Shown piece after piece: positions 13,260 to 24,526 of a stretch of DNA of 64,000 bases. The DNA is taken from contig CAJFCJ010000031.1 of the NCBI GenBank assembly GCA_904063045.1, positions 248,001 to 312,000 of the forward strand. Direction: 5' to 3'. Position numbers and translations under genes: made by a program. The number at the start of each line of letters is the position of its first letter. Position 1 is the first letter of the stretch. Origin of the DNA: Dimorphilus gyrociliatus (lineage: Eukaryota; Animalia; Annelida). A model generated the notes under the pieces. The model did no database searches. It was not told where the DNA came from and saw only the letters and a program-made list of their open reading frames with translations.

Positions 13260-14443
13260 TAATCTAACTATGTTAGATTATTAAATAAATAAAAAATATG
13301 GAGAAACAGAAAGTTCACCCTCAAAGAAAAAAACAACTGCAACCTTTTCTTTTGATATTCATCGTCACTGCCGTCCAGTAAACAGGAAGAAAGAAACAAA
13401 AAAACAAAGTTGCAAATGGGTCCCGAAATAATCTTAAAACATTTTTTCCTAAACGAAAAAAACATCCGCCCTTTCATCCTTTTTTTCCTAACATTTAGGT
13501 TATTTAAAAAAAAAAGGGGAAAAAAAAACAAAACCAATAATCTGAAATAATTTTAAATCTTATTGCTCAAGAAGAAAATTTTATTAAACATTTTTTATAC
13601 TTTTAGAAAGAAATATTGTTTTGTTTTTTTTTTTAATGTGAGAAGTTTTTTCTTATTTCATTTTATTATAATCGCATATATATGTATATATATATATATA
13701 TATATTTGTATTGTTTTATTCACCCATTTACTTGAAATTATTTTTGTTTCTTTTTTCTTTTTTTGTAAAAAAAAAAAGGGAAAGATAAAGTTGCCATATT
13801 CTTTGCTCTAGCCCTTTTGTTTATGTTTTTCCCTATATATACAAATATTCATTTCATGGGTAAACACTGACATCTATAGTATGACAACAACAGCAGTAGT
13901 AGCAACATGTCTGTTTCTCTTTATCTCTTTTTCCATGTATATGTATATTTAAAGTATATGTATTTATTTTTATATATCTGAACATATCATGTGTATTCAT
14001 TAGTCTTTAAATCGTGTTTTTATGGTGTTTTGTACTATTCTATGTTGTTTTAATCTGATATAGGTGTACATCGAAAATAAATACAATAAAGGAATATACA
14101 TGTATATACTGTATATGTCATATATTACTACTTATATATATAAATATATATCTATATATATATATACGTATAATATTGCATTTATACAAAATAGATGGAC
14201 GCGTGCACTTTCTATTTATACTTTATAAACCTATACCCATATAGAATTTGTATAATAGTGTTTGAAGTGAAAAAAACATAAAATTTCCAGATTGAAAAAC
14301 AATAGAAATCTATAATTCCCAGGTTCACAATAGTGACCATATGTTTTCAAACCAAGTAGCTTAGAGGATACTAACGAAGGAGTATGTATACAGTAACAAA
14401 AAAAATCGTCACGTCAGTTGCTACCTACCCCATAAGGGTAATA

Positions 14444-14655
14444 ATGAAAAGAAGTTCTCATAGTCAGCCAGCCAGTTCTTCGACACCGAAGCGTAAGACT
14501 TTATAATATTAAAAAAGGCGTAAATTCTACAAGTGTCATGTTTTTCAGAGTCTTCTGTAGTGAAAGGATCGTCGTCTTCTTTCATGTATTATTTCAAATT
14601 CATTATTATATCTATTTTGGGCATTATCATGTTAAGAATTATGGGCTACCTTTGA
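14444..14655 (+). CDS. Candidate 51-aa tail-anchored membrane micropeptide, 2 exons (14444-14492, 14549-14655); alternative in-frame ATG at 14384 gives 71 aa
   Basis: 56-nt intron GTAAGA...TTTTTCAG joins MKRSSHSQPASSSTPK-Q-SSVVKGSSSSFMYYFKFIIISILGIIMLRIMGYL*. Ser-rich N-terminus and one C-terminal hydrophobic helix. No family recognised. Confidence 0.5.
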
Positions 14656-15081
14656 AAAACACCCGTTTGTTTTAAAGTATATTTAAAGCATGACTTCGTA
14701 ATATATAATAAAGTATTCCTATCTATTCTATGTGCGTTTCGGGTTAAAATATATTAAATGTGAAAGAATAGAGATATTTGTTCTTTTAACAATTTTATTT
14801 ATATGGTGACATCTTCATAATATATTCTCACAGGCAAGCACGATTATGAACATTTTAAAAAACAATATATATATACATATATATATATATATTAGGTAAA
14901 ACAAGCTAAAAGAGAATATTTGCTTAAAAACAAGTTCAACTACTATTTACAAAAAACAAAGTGAACACGAATAAATGAAACAGCTAAAAGTGACATAATA
15001 ATATTCTAAAAACTGAAAAAAATATACAATAGACAGAGACACTTACCTGGATCTATAGAAAGACTACCGGTCTCCTTCTGT

Positions 15082-18000
15082 TTAATCCGCCTCTTCTTCA
15101 TCCTCTTCTTCTGATTCGGCTTCTTCCAACCAAGTAAGCCACTGATTGACTTGAAACAGTGCCTGCCCTTTCCCCGGATATTCATCATTAACTTCCTCTT
15201 TCCATTGGAAGAAAGCGTCCTCTTCCACAATTTCCTCGTTGTATAGTTGCATGAAAAGCCGTAATATTAAGCCTAATGACCGAAGAAATAATAAGCAAAC
15301 AAATAGATATGATTTATGGTTCATAAATGAAAAGGTGAAAGTATAGACTGGTGAATAAATAGAGTGGCATACAAATTCTCACCTTTGGGAAATGATTTTT
15401 CATAAGCGAATAGCTGAGTTGCGTATAAAGTAAATTTTTGTAGCTCAACATCATCTCCTATAAATCTTGATAGAACAGGTTTGAAGCTCGATAAAAGTGC
15501 CTTTTCGTCATCGCAATGTGACTTTTTGGACACTGCCGATTCGCAATCTATACCGTTAACAGTACTTGTTCTAGTCGTTACGTATTCCATAATACATTTG
15601 ACGAGTACAGAAACAAATTTTGGTCTTTCTTCCTTAGAGATGTCTGTATTTTCCTCAACCCAGTCAGACAATGAATTAGGATCGTAATTTTCTTCTGTTA
15701 ATTTCTTCTTTAAAGACCTTTCAAAAATCAGAAAGGGTACCAGAAAATCTAATTCCCTCTCTTGTAAAATGTCCACTAAATTAATATCGTCTGCACCTGA
15801 TATATTAAATAACCTTTAAAAAAGAACAAAACAATTATTTACACCTTATTACTAACCATTTAAAAGAAATTTAAAATCAAAATTAGAGGAATCAACAAAA
15901 TTCTTCAACCAGGACTTATTCTTTAAATGAACCAAACATTGGAAGAGATTAAGAATAAATTGTTGACGAATTTGAGACGATTGCGTCATATCCGTAACAT
16001 TTTTTAAAGTTAATACAGCATTATCGAGTATTAACAAATTTGCGCATAATAACGGCAATTTATAAAATTCGTTATTATTTTCATTCTCTTCTAATTTAGC
16101 CAAAGTAACTTTTAAAGCATTTTGTAGAGGATCTGAGGTTAAAAAACTTGAATTCATCAAAAATACCACTACAGATATAAGCAATTCTTCTCTATCTTCC
16201 TGTAGTATTATCTTTACATTCTGTTTTGCAATTGTTGCCAAACATAAGTTGATAATTAGCTCATCTAGAAATTTCTTTAAGCATTTATTATCGTTAATAA
16301 GTTTTTCGATTTCAGCAAATTTATCATCATTCACAGCTGTGAATATTGAACGAATTGTTTCGGTAACTTGTTGTTTATTAGTGACTTTTTTAACTGTTTG
16401 ACGTATTGTTATAGTTCCTTGCTTATGGATCATGGGGGCAGTTGGTGTAGTTTCAGTCTTCTCCGAACTGGATGGCTCTTGAGCAGATTTTGGTAAAGCG
16501 GTAGGACCAGCAGGCTTAAGGACGTTAAAAACACGCCCAGATGGCCTTAATGAGACAGTATCCTTACCATTTTGAAGAGAACCGTTAGATTCTTCATCAT
16601 CTCCGTTCGAGATACGCTGCTGGTATCTAGAACCCATATTTCGATTGTTTTTCAACTGATTATTATACATTCTATTGTTCATACGGTGATTATTTCTCGA
16701 ATCATCAAACATCTCTGAAAAATAGAACAAAATATTGATAGCATTGTACATCCCATTCAAATAACTTACGTTTTGATATAATTGACTCGTTAGAAATAAT
16801 TCCCGCATCGGAATATAAACTGAAATTTGACAAGCTATTCGGGCCAGAATTATGAAAAAGATCATTAATTTTCTTGGCACGCTCCTGCTGAAGTCTTGCT
16901 TGACACGAAACCAAGTTTATGGGCGTGCTTGAATTATGTAAAGAATATGAGCTATTCGAAATAAAGAGGCCATCTCGAGCAGCTTCTTCCCGAACTTGAA
17001 CTATAGTCCTAGGTCCATTATCCCTATAGGACTCCCTTGGAATCCAATGATGAGAACGCAATTCAACTATATCCTGTAGTAAAAATCTAACTCTGGGTGG
17101 TAATTCTTTGCTCTTCATAAACATTTCGATTCTATCGAAATACTGATTCATCCATTGCTAATTTTTAAGGGGGAAAAAAACATAAAATGACTCATTAAAA
17201 TGATTGATTATAGTAGTAACAAAAAAAAATCAAAAGCTTTTTACTTTTGCAGGTTTCGTATCGAGGCGACGGCCAACAGTTTTCATAATTTGACATAAAC
17301 ATTCTAAGTCTTCTACCATATCATTAACGTTACTACTCTTTTTCTTCTCCAACAATTGCTTGATGCATTTATGCAGTACGCCTTCGTGAACCATATCCAA
17401 CTTACCGAGTTCGCATATAAATTTGATATTTCCGAGCATTTTACGCTTCGCAATATGCAACTCCTCCATCTCCTCATCAGTGAGAATCGCTCCTCCTTTC
17501 TCCAATCTTTCTGTATCCTTTCTTCTATTTTCAAATTCATCTTGGCACTTATTTAATAGTAAACGTTTGAACGTCTAAAAGTGGAGAGAATGAGAGAATT
17601 GATAAAATAGCACGCATAAAAGAGAGTTTCTATTGTAAAAACAAACATTTGAAGAAGAATTTGGCGGATCAAAATTTGGTGCCTCCTTTGATAATCTGTT
17701 ACACAATTGTGCATAAAGAGAGCTATATTTCGGTTCTTCCAATGCCTTTTCAAATATCTATGGGAGCACGTAGAAGAGAAAGAAATTTTAAATTAGTCTT
17801 TGCTTGAAACAAGGTCAAAGTAGATTTCTAAAGCGGGTACTAATAAAATACTATACATATATTATACAGTATATATTTATAAACATGTACTATATATAAT
17901 CTATATAAGAGGGAAAGAAAGGTGAGATATGTATTTAAAAAAAAGACTTTTTTGTAAGATACGTACGAGTAAGATTATTCCAGCTAAGATGGTTTGGGAA

Positions 18001-18395
18001 TCGATGCCAACATGCAACAACTCGAAGCTTAGCTTGTCAAATTTCTGCGGCGTAAGCTTGTTGAGAATGCTGTTACGTGCATGTATTAGTAATAATGACT
18101 ATTATCTAAGCAAATTACGTAAAGTTCTTAATAACTACTTACCCACGGACTTTTCGAAAAATAAAATCATGAAGTTCATGTTGCAAAGGGGATAGTGATT
18201 CTCGAAATATGCTGCTTGGTGGAACCCAGCGCTTATTCCAAAAGGCCTGGGGTTGAGAAAAGGGGGCAGATTGCTCCTCCCTTGTAGCAATATTAAATAT
18301 AGAATTAAATTAAATGTCAGATTTCTTAAAGAAAATGCTAAAAACCTGTCGGCAGCACGACGAGATGCACGCCCCAGTTGATGCACAGAGTCCAG
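15082..18395 (-). CDS. EIF4G2: Eukaryotic translation initiation factor 4 gamma 2 (DAP5/NAT1/p97), predicted CUG start
   Basis: MIF4G domain (FRKVRGILNKLTPQKFDKL...ALEEPKYSSLYAQLC...KMLGNIKFICELGKL), divergent MA3, W2 domain ending WLEEAESEEEDEEEAD*. No in-frame ATG before the MIF4G; CTG at 18395-18393. Confidence 0.93.
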
Positions 18396-18754
18396 TATTA
18401 GTCAAGTAATAAAAGAACGGGATTGTAGAAAAGGTTACGATGCAAAATATACCCCGATTAAGATTTTTATCCTGTGTCTAAAATTTAAAAAATAAGACTG
18501 CCATTTAGTCTGCATTTGTTTACATTAACGACATTACTAATTAAGATATTGCGGCATATATTTTTTGATTAGATAATAATACGATAAAATTCATCATTTC
18601 TATATCGAATAGGAAAGTTACTAAAGACATATAAAGAACAATTTACCTCTCAGTTCGTCGTCTGCGGCTTAAAAAAACGTTTTTATTGTGAATTAGAAAG
18701 GAAATATGGAGACGGTATGGTTCCAGTTATGACGAAGAACGAACAGGTAAACGT

Positions 18755-18790
18755 TTAAATGGACGACTTGTTTACGGAGTAGGCGGCCAT
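18755..18790 (-). other. Candidate upstream ORF (MAAYSVNKSSI*) in the EIF4G2 leader, overlapping a YY1-like motif
   Basis: aatATGGcc has A at -3 and G at +4. It lies about 45 nt downstream of the NRF1-type site and upstream of a GT donor near 18646. Confidence 0.35.
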
Positions 18791-18833
18791 ATTTAAAATA
18801 TATCCACTCCTCGTCTCTTTATAGACTCTCAAA

Positions 18834-18843
18834 GCGCATGCGC
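18834..18843. promoter_or_regulatory. NRF1-type palindrome GCGCATGCGC (EIF4G2 promoter)
   Basis: Perfect GC-rich palindrome in very AT-rich DNA, directly upstream of the EIF4G2 leader. Confidence 0.55.
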
Positions 18844-19988
18844 AAAGTGCGGATACTGAAAAAAAGCACGTTGCGAACATTTTTCAATTCATAGGCCTAG
18901 TTTAAACAAATATAGACATAAAATTGTTAGAATCTCTCCACTCTTCGTTAAATTAAGCCCATTTAAAATATATTTAGACGGTAGATTACAAAACAGGAGG
19001 GTAAAAATAATATTTAATAACATACATCGGACAAATCGATTACCGGAACAATGGAAAAATAGAGAAGAAAATAATTTCCACAAGTAAGGAATTATAAAAG
19101 AAAAAAACTGGAAGATCATTCTAATATATTCTATAAAAAGGGAATATATATTATAATAAAAGAGAAGAGAAGGGGATAATGTTTGTGTATTTATGTTATC
19201 AAACCCTTTGCATAATCAATATAAATAAACGCCGATATTTGACGTTGGAAATACATCATTATTAAAGAATTTATCACGCTTTTGATATGAGATATAAAAT
19301 ATCCTACCCATAAATAAAATATCATATGACGTGGAAAATTGGTATAGTATATTAAACTACATTATTATTACTCTTTAGCAAGGTTAAAAGAGTATTATTC
19401 ATTAATCTAATGTATCATTTAAAGAAAAGCCAATTCCTAATTACTAATGTATTAGTATAAATGTAATTAAAGTATTAAATGAATATTAAACATCTCTGTA
19501 TAGAATTCTATACAATATATTGTAGAATCGTACAAACAAATCGTACAATGCAGACGAGCTTTTTCTTTTTTCCCCCACCCACCACCATATGCTCTTAAAC
19601 ATTGTTCATACTATAATCCTGCATTAATATTCATAAATTCTTCGGATAACGATTGCGAAATTCCTTGACCTTTAATAATCAATACATATTCTCAAATTTA
19701 ATTTTATTTAACATTTTTATATATAAATGATTAAAACTTAATACTATGTTATTTTTAAATTAATTTTTCTCTAAAGGTTTCTTTATTATTTGACTTCTGT
19801 AGACGATATTCAATAAATAAACGTGAATATATTCATACACCTGTTTAATAAGTATATATCTTCCATTTTCCAATAATAACTAATGATTCTTATTGTATAC
19901 TAACGTCATTAAATACAATTTCATCTTCGAAGTTTTGGAAAATATCATAGTTTACACAGATGACATAACTTTTCTTGGTGCGTCTGTA

Positions 19989-20010
19989 TGTGTGTGTGTG
20001 TGTGTGTGTG
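19989..20010. repeat. (TG)11 microsatellite
   Basis: Seen directly in the sequence. Confidence 0.95.
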
Positions 20011-21729
20011 TTTGAATATTTTTCATAGTTCTTCTAGTCGAAAGTGTAAACAAACTCTATCTGTAGAAGAATATAACATATTGAAAATATATTAAAGCGT
20101 ATCATCAGGTAAGGAAACACAATCTTACTTATAATAGCAACCTCAGAAAAGGGAAGTCGATAATACGTTATAATGAATTCTACCTCAGAGCTATCTAGGC
20201 CGAGTTGGTTTCTTTTTGTAATTCAACGTCATAAATCCACAATAAGAGAGTAACCTCATCTTTTCAATAAATTGCTAATAGTCGTGTATAGCTTATTTAG
20301 CATGAAATAATGAGAAAAAATAATATTTATTATATAAGTTAACTAAAGCAATTAAAAGTAATTTTGTTATTTCTTGAACAAGAAAAACAATCGATTAAAA
20401 TCCTTCAGCAAAACTCTTTTATTTGGAAACCGTGTAACTAGCAAAGTTCATCTACATTATGATGCCATCATGGGCTCGAACAGTGACGAACGACAAAAGT
20501 TTTTAAAAGAACAAAATCAAATTCAAAAAGATAATAAATAAATGATAAATAAATCATTCCATTATTCAATTAGCCTAACTGCGTTTAAGCACAATGAGGT
20601 AGGCTGGTGTTAAATTAATTAAATGGGTGTTTCAAAAATATAACATACATATAACATTTGTGAGGCAGAAGATGCTTTAGACAAAAAATTAACTTTTCTG
20701 GATATTCAGTAAGGAGAAAATACATTAATACATTTTTGGAGTGGAGAATACAAAAAATAGATGCATTTTGAGCAGAAAATGTTCATCAGACATGTGCGAG
20801 AACGATATAAACCCTTCACCACTTTTTAATTGGATACTTTCCATACAATGTACGGAAATATATCGGTTATTAAAATTTACACGAAAGTATGCAAAATTTT
20901 AATAACATTAAAAACAAAAACTCAAAAATAAGATAAATAAGCATTCATTCTTAAAGAAATGCATTAACATAAGACGTCTGAGTAAATTTACTCTTAACGA
21001 ACATTTAGATAAATGCACTCTTAATGAAGATTTAAACAAAATAAAATATAAACTCTATTAATTTAACTATTGCAATGTCATTGCTTCCGGAACGCAATTA
21101 CCGGACTATTGTTCTATGTGTTCCAGGGTCCAGGGGCCAAATTCAATTCGCCACGTGGTTTTACTTGTTACAAATTTCGTTGGCATTCTTAAGAAAATGT
21201 TCTATTAAGTTGTTTATATTTAGCATTAAGCAAACTATTATTTTGCATCTGTAAAATTTCGATCTCTAACGACTTAACAAATTCATCCAGTCCACCGGAA
21301 CGAACATGTTCTAAAATTTAAAAAAAAAATTAATATAATGCATTTATTAATTGTATTTTAAGTATTAAATTAATTTGCAACTTACAATTCCGTCTATAAA
21401 GAAGGCCAAAATTCAGCGCAGGCATGGTTATACAAGGTAATGTTGACGAGATATTATCGCCACGTGATTGTGGTGATAGTGCAACAGGCTTCCGATATTT
21501 AAACTATTAATCGGTAAAACTTCTAACCGATTTAAAAAACTGGTAGAAGTTCAATTTTGACGATTAATTAATCGAATCGAAAACATTTAACTTTAAGTTA
21601 CTTTTTAAACAAAAAACAATTTAAATTTAAAAATATTTAAAAATTTAAATTCAATATATGGAAAATAAATCGATTCTTATTGATTTTCATATCGCAGATT
21701 CAAAAACGTCGTTGACCACTTGATTTTAA

Positions 21730-21770
21730 TGCGCATGCGCCAAATCTGTAAAACGAACTGTGATTGGTTT
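21730..21770 (+). promoter_or_regulatory. PLK1 proximal promoter: NRF1-type TGCGCATGCGC and inverted CCAAT box
   Basis: TGCGCATGCGC at 21730-21740 and TGATTGG near 21761, about 80-110 bp before the PLK1 ATG. Confidence 0.5.
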
Positions 21771-21842
21771 TACAAGAATTTGTTTTTTTTCGTCATTTTG
21801 TCTTTAGCGCTTAATCGTTCGTAATAACACTGGTAATACACT

Positions 21843-23969
21843 ATGTCTGGATCTGGCAGTGCAGCAGCAGAAATACCTGATATTGTGACTGATCCTAAAA
21901 GGCCGGACCGACGATTCAAAAAAGGAAAATTCTTGGGAAAAGTAACTATTATTTAAAGTACCGGTAATGTTTTGAAATGAAACTATCGTTTTTCTCTTTA
22001 AAAGGGCGGATTCGCAAGATGCTTCGAAATGACCGATTTCTCATCAAATCGGATTTATGCCGGAAAAATTATTCCCAAAACTCTTCTTCAGAAACAACAC
22101 CAAAAAGAAAAGGTAGGATTAAACTGAAATGATTAATCAAAGTACTATCATTTCTCCTTACATAGATGAGACAAGAAATAGAAATCCATCGTAACATCTA
22201 TAATAAGAATATCGTCAAATTTTATAGCTCCTTTGATGATGAAAATTTTGTGTATATCCTTCTCGAATTATGCAGCAGACGTGTATGTTTCCAGCAAAAA
22301 AATTAATTCCCTTTCGAATGATCTAATTGATATTATATTTTAGTCGCTTATGGAACTTCACAAAAGGAGAAGAGCTGTTACAGAACCAGAAGCGCGTTAC
22401 TTTTTTAAACAGATAACTGAAGCAGTAAAATACCTTCACGATAATAATATTATACATAGAGATTTAAAATTGGGAAATCTATTTTTAAACGATAACATGG
22501 ATATTAAAATTGGTGATTTTGGCCTAGCGACTAGATTTGACGGTGAAAGAAAAATGTTTGTATACATTTTAAAATAAACGACCATTGAACCCATAGTAAT
22601 TTAAAATGTCTTTAGGACACTCTGCGGTACACCAAACTACATTGCCCCGGAAGTTCTTTGTAAAACAGGTCACAGCTTCGAAGTGGACGCCTGGTCTATG
22701 GGTTGCATTTTATATACCTTACTTGTTGGGAAACCTCCTTTCGAAACAAGTAACTTGAAGGAGACATACAATCGAATTAAGAAGAATATTTATCAAATTC
22801 CAAGATCAAAAGTTTCACCCACAGCCACCTTATTAATTCAGAAATTACTTAATAGTGACCCCTTGAAACGACCTTCTATGGGTGATGTGTTAGTTGATCC
22901 TTTTTTCGAAGCCGGTTACATGCCTTTGGGTCTACCAATAAGCTGCTTAACAATGACTCCAAGATTCGATCAACTAGCAGAAAGAAAGCCCATGTCGAAT
23001 GCTTTGGCAAAATCAATAAAGGTTGGTGCGACTGAAGAGAAACTTCCAAAGGTAGAGCAAGTTGCGCAATCAGACTCAGTTGATTATCTTCAAGAGTTGT
23101 ATGCAGCTCTAACAAATCTTACAAATATGACAAATTTTAAAGATGGAGGCATTAATGGAAATTACGGTACGTAAATCCGTAGAGAACAATGCAATAAAAA
23201 GTAAATATGAACTTGTTTTCTTACAGAGGACAGTGAAGATCCTGCAGCTGTTCCGATCTACTGGGTTAGTAAATGGGTAGATTACTCTGATAAATATGGA
23301 CTTGGGTATCAATTATGCGACAACAGTGTTGGTGTATTGTTCAATGATTCTTCCCGCTTGATTTTAGCTGGAAATGGAGAGTGAGTATATGTTAAATAAG
23401 AAACTTTCTCTTTTCTCCCTTTCCAATTGTAGGATGCTCACTAAACACATACTATTTAATCTTTAGGAATATGCAGTACATCGAACGAACTGGCCAAGAA
23501 CATTTTCACACACTTAAATGTTATCCTGAAAATTTGCAAAAGAAAATGACGCTTTTGCGTTATTTTAGGAATTATATGACTGAGCATCTCCTTAAAGCTG
23601 GCCCAAGTCAGATACCAAGAGAAGGTGATGAAATGACAAGATTACCTTTCATGAAATCGTGGTTTCGCACAAGAAGTGCTATGGTCCTTCAATTAAGCAA
23701 TGGAACCGTTCAGGTATATTTCCATAAGTGAACGCTAATCTCATCTAATATATGTTGTTTTATTTGCATAGGTAAATTTCTTTCAAGATCATACCAAGGT
23801 GATAATTTGTCCAATCATGCAAGCCGTTTCGTTCATCGATGACAAAAGAAATTTCCGCACATTTAGATTCACTTTAATTGAACAATTTGGCTGCCCTAAG
23901 GACTTGTTATCACGACTGAAGTATGCCAGAGCTATGCTAGAGAATCTAGGAAATCCATCTTCACGATAA
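21843..23969 (+). CDS. PLK1: Polo-like kinase 1 (kinase domain plus two polo boxes), 8 exons
   Basis: FLGK|[86 protein letters not shown]|VNFFQDHTK. Confidence 0.97.
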
Positions 23970-24376
23970 GGAGAATCATATCATAACCTGTAATTAAACT
24001 TGTGTAAAACGCTTGTATCTTATATTTTTTTATACATAATTAGTTTTTGATAGGATAATCATAAACTTGAACGAAGTTGTATACGAAAGTTACTGTTAAT
24101 ATTATTATATAATAATATGCCAAAGAGAGTAACAAGTCTTTTATCGCGATTATGTTATTTGTTCTTATTTAATCTTCTAAATCTAACTCTTATATCTTTT
24201 GAAAGTTTAAACAAGAAACGAATTATAGGGCTATGTACCAAATGACCTTTTCAATAAATATGGGAACTAGACACTTATAAATCTTATGTTAATGTCGAAA
24301 ATAATAAACGAGTTTTTAATATTAAATGGATTAATTTAATCAGGATTATAAATAGACAATTAAAAATTATTAATCG

Positions 24377-24390
24377 CCGCCAGATGGCGT
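24377..24390 (+). promoter_or_regulatory. CTCF-like motif in CKAP5 promoter
   Basis: CCGCCAGATGGCGT closely fits the CCASYAGRKGGCRS-type consensus; about 140 bp upstream of the ATG. Confidence 0.5.
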
Positions 24391-24526
24391 CTATGAAGAC
24401 TGTTTAAAATACAGCTGTTTTATTTCCGGTTCCGCTAAGCTGAAAACGGTCTTATAGTTGAGAAGCTAGCGATTTTTACCAATTTTTCTGTATTAACGTC
24501 AGTTGTTTTTATTTTAAATCTTCAGC

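Noticed and set aside
13268-13811. Hydrophobic F/I/Y-rich ORFs
   Set aside because: Artefacts of poly-T/A and TA tracts in UTR or intergenic DNA. The same applies to 5233-5638, 45026-45214, 50664-50942 and 57927-58254.
18135-18386. Track ORF starting at GTG 18386
   Set aside because: It reads through the 65-nt intron and changes frame relative to MIF4G. The CTG three codons upstream aligns better with the known N-terminus, although GTG use cannot be excluded.
18490-18645. Box C (ATGATGA at 18598-18592, minus strand) in the EIF4G2 leader intron; vertebrate EIF4G2 hosts SNORD97
   Set aside because: No downstream box D (CTGA) or terminal stem within the intron.
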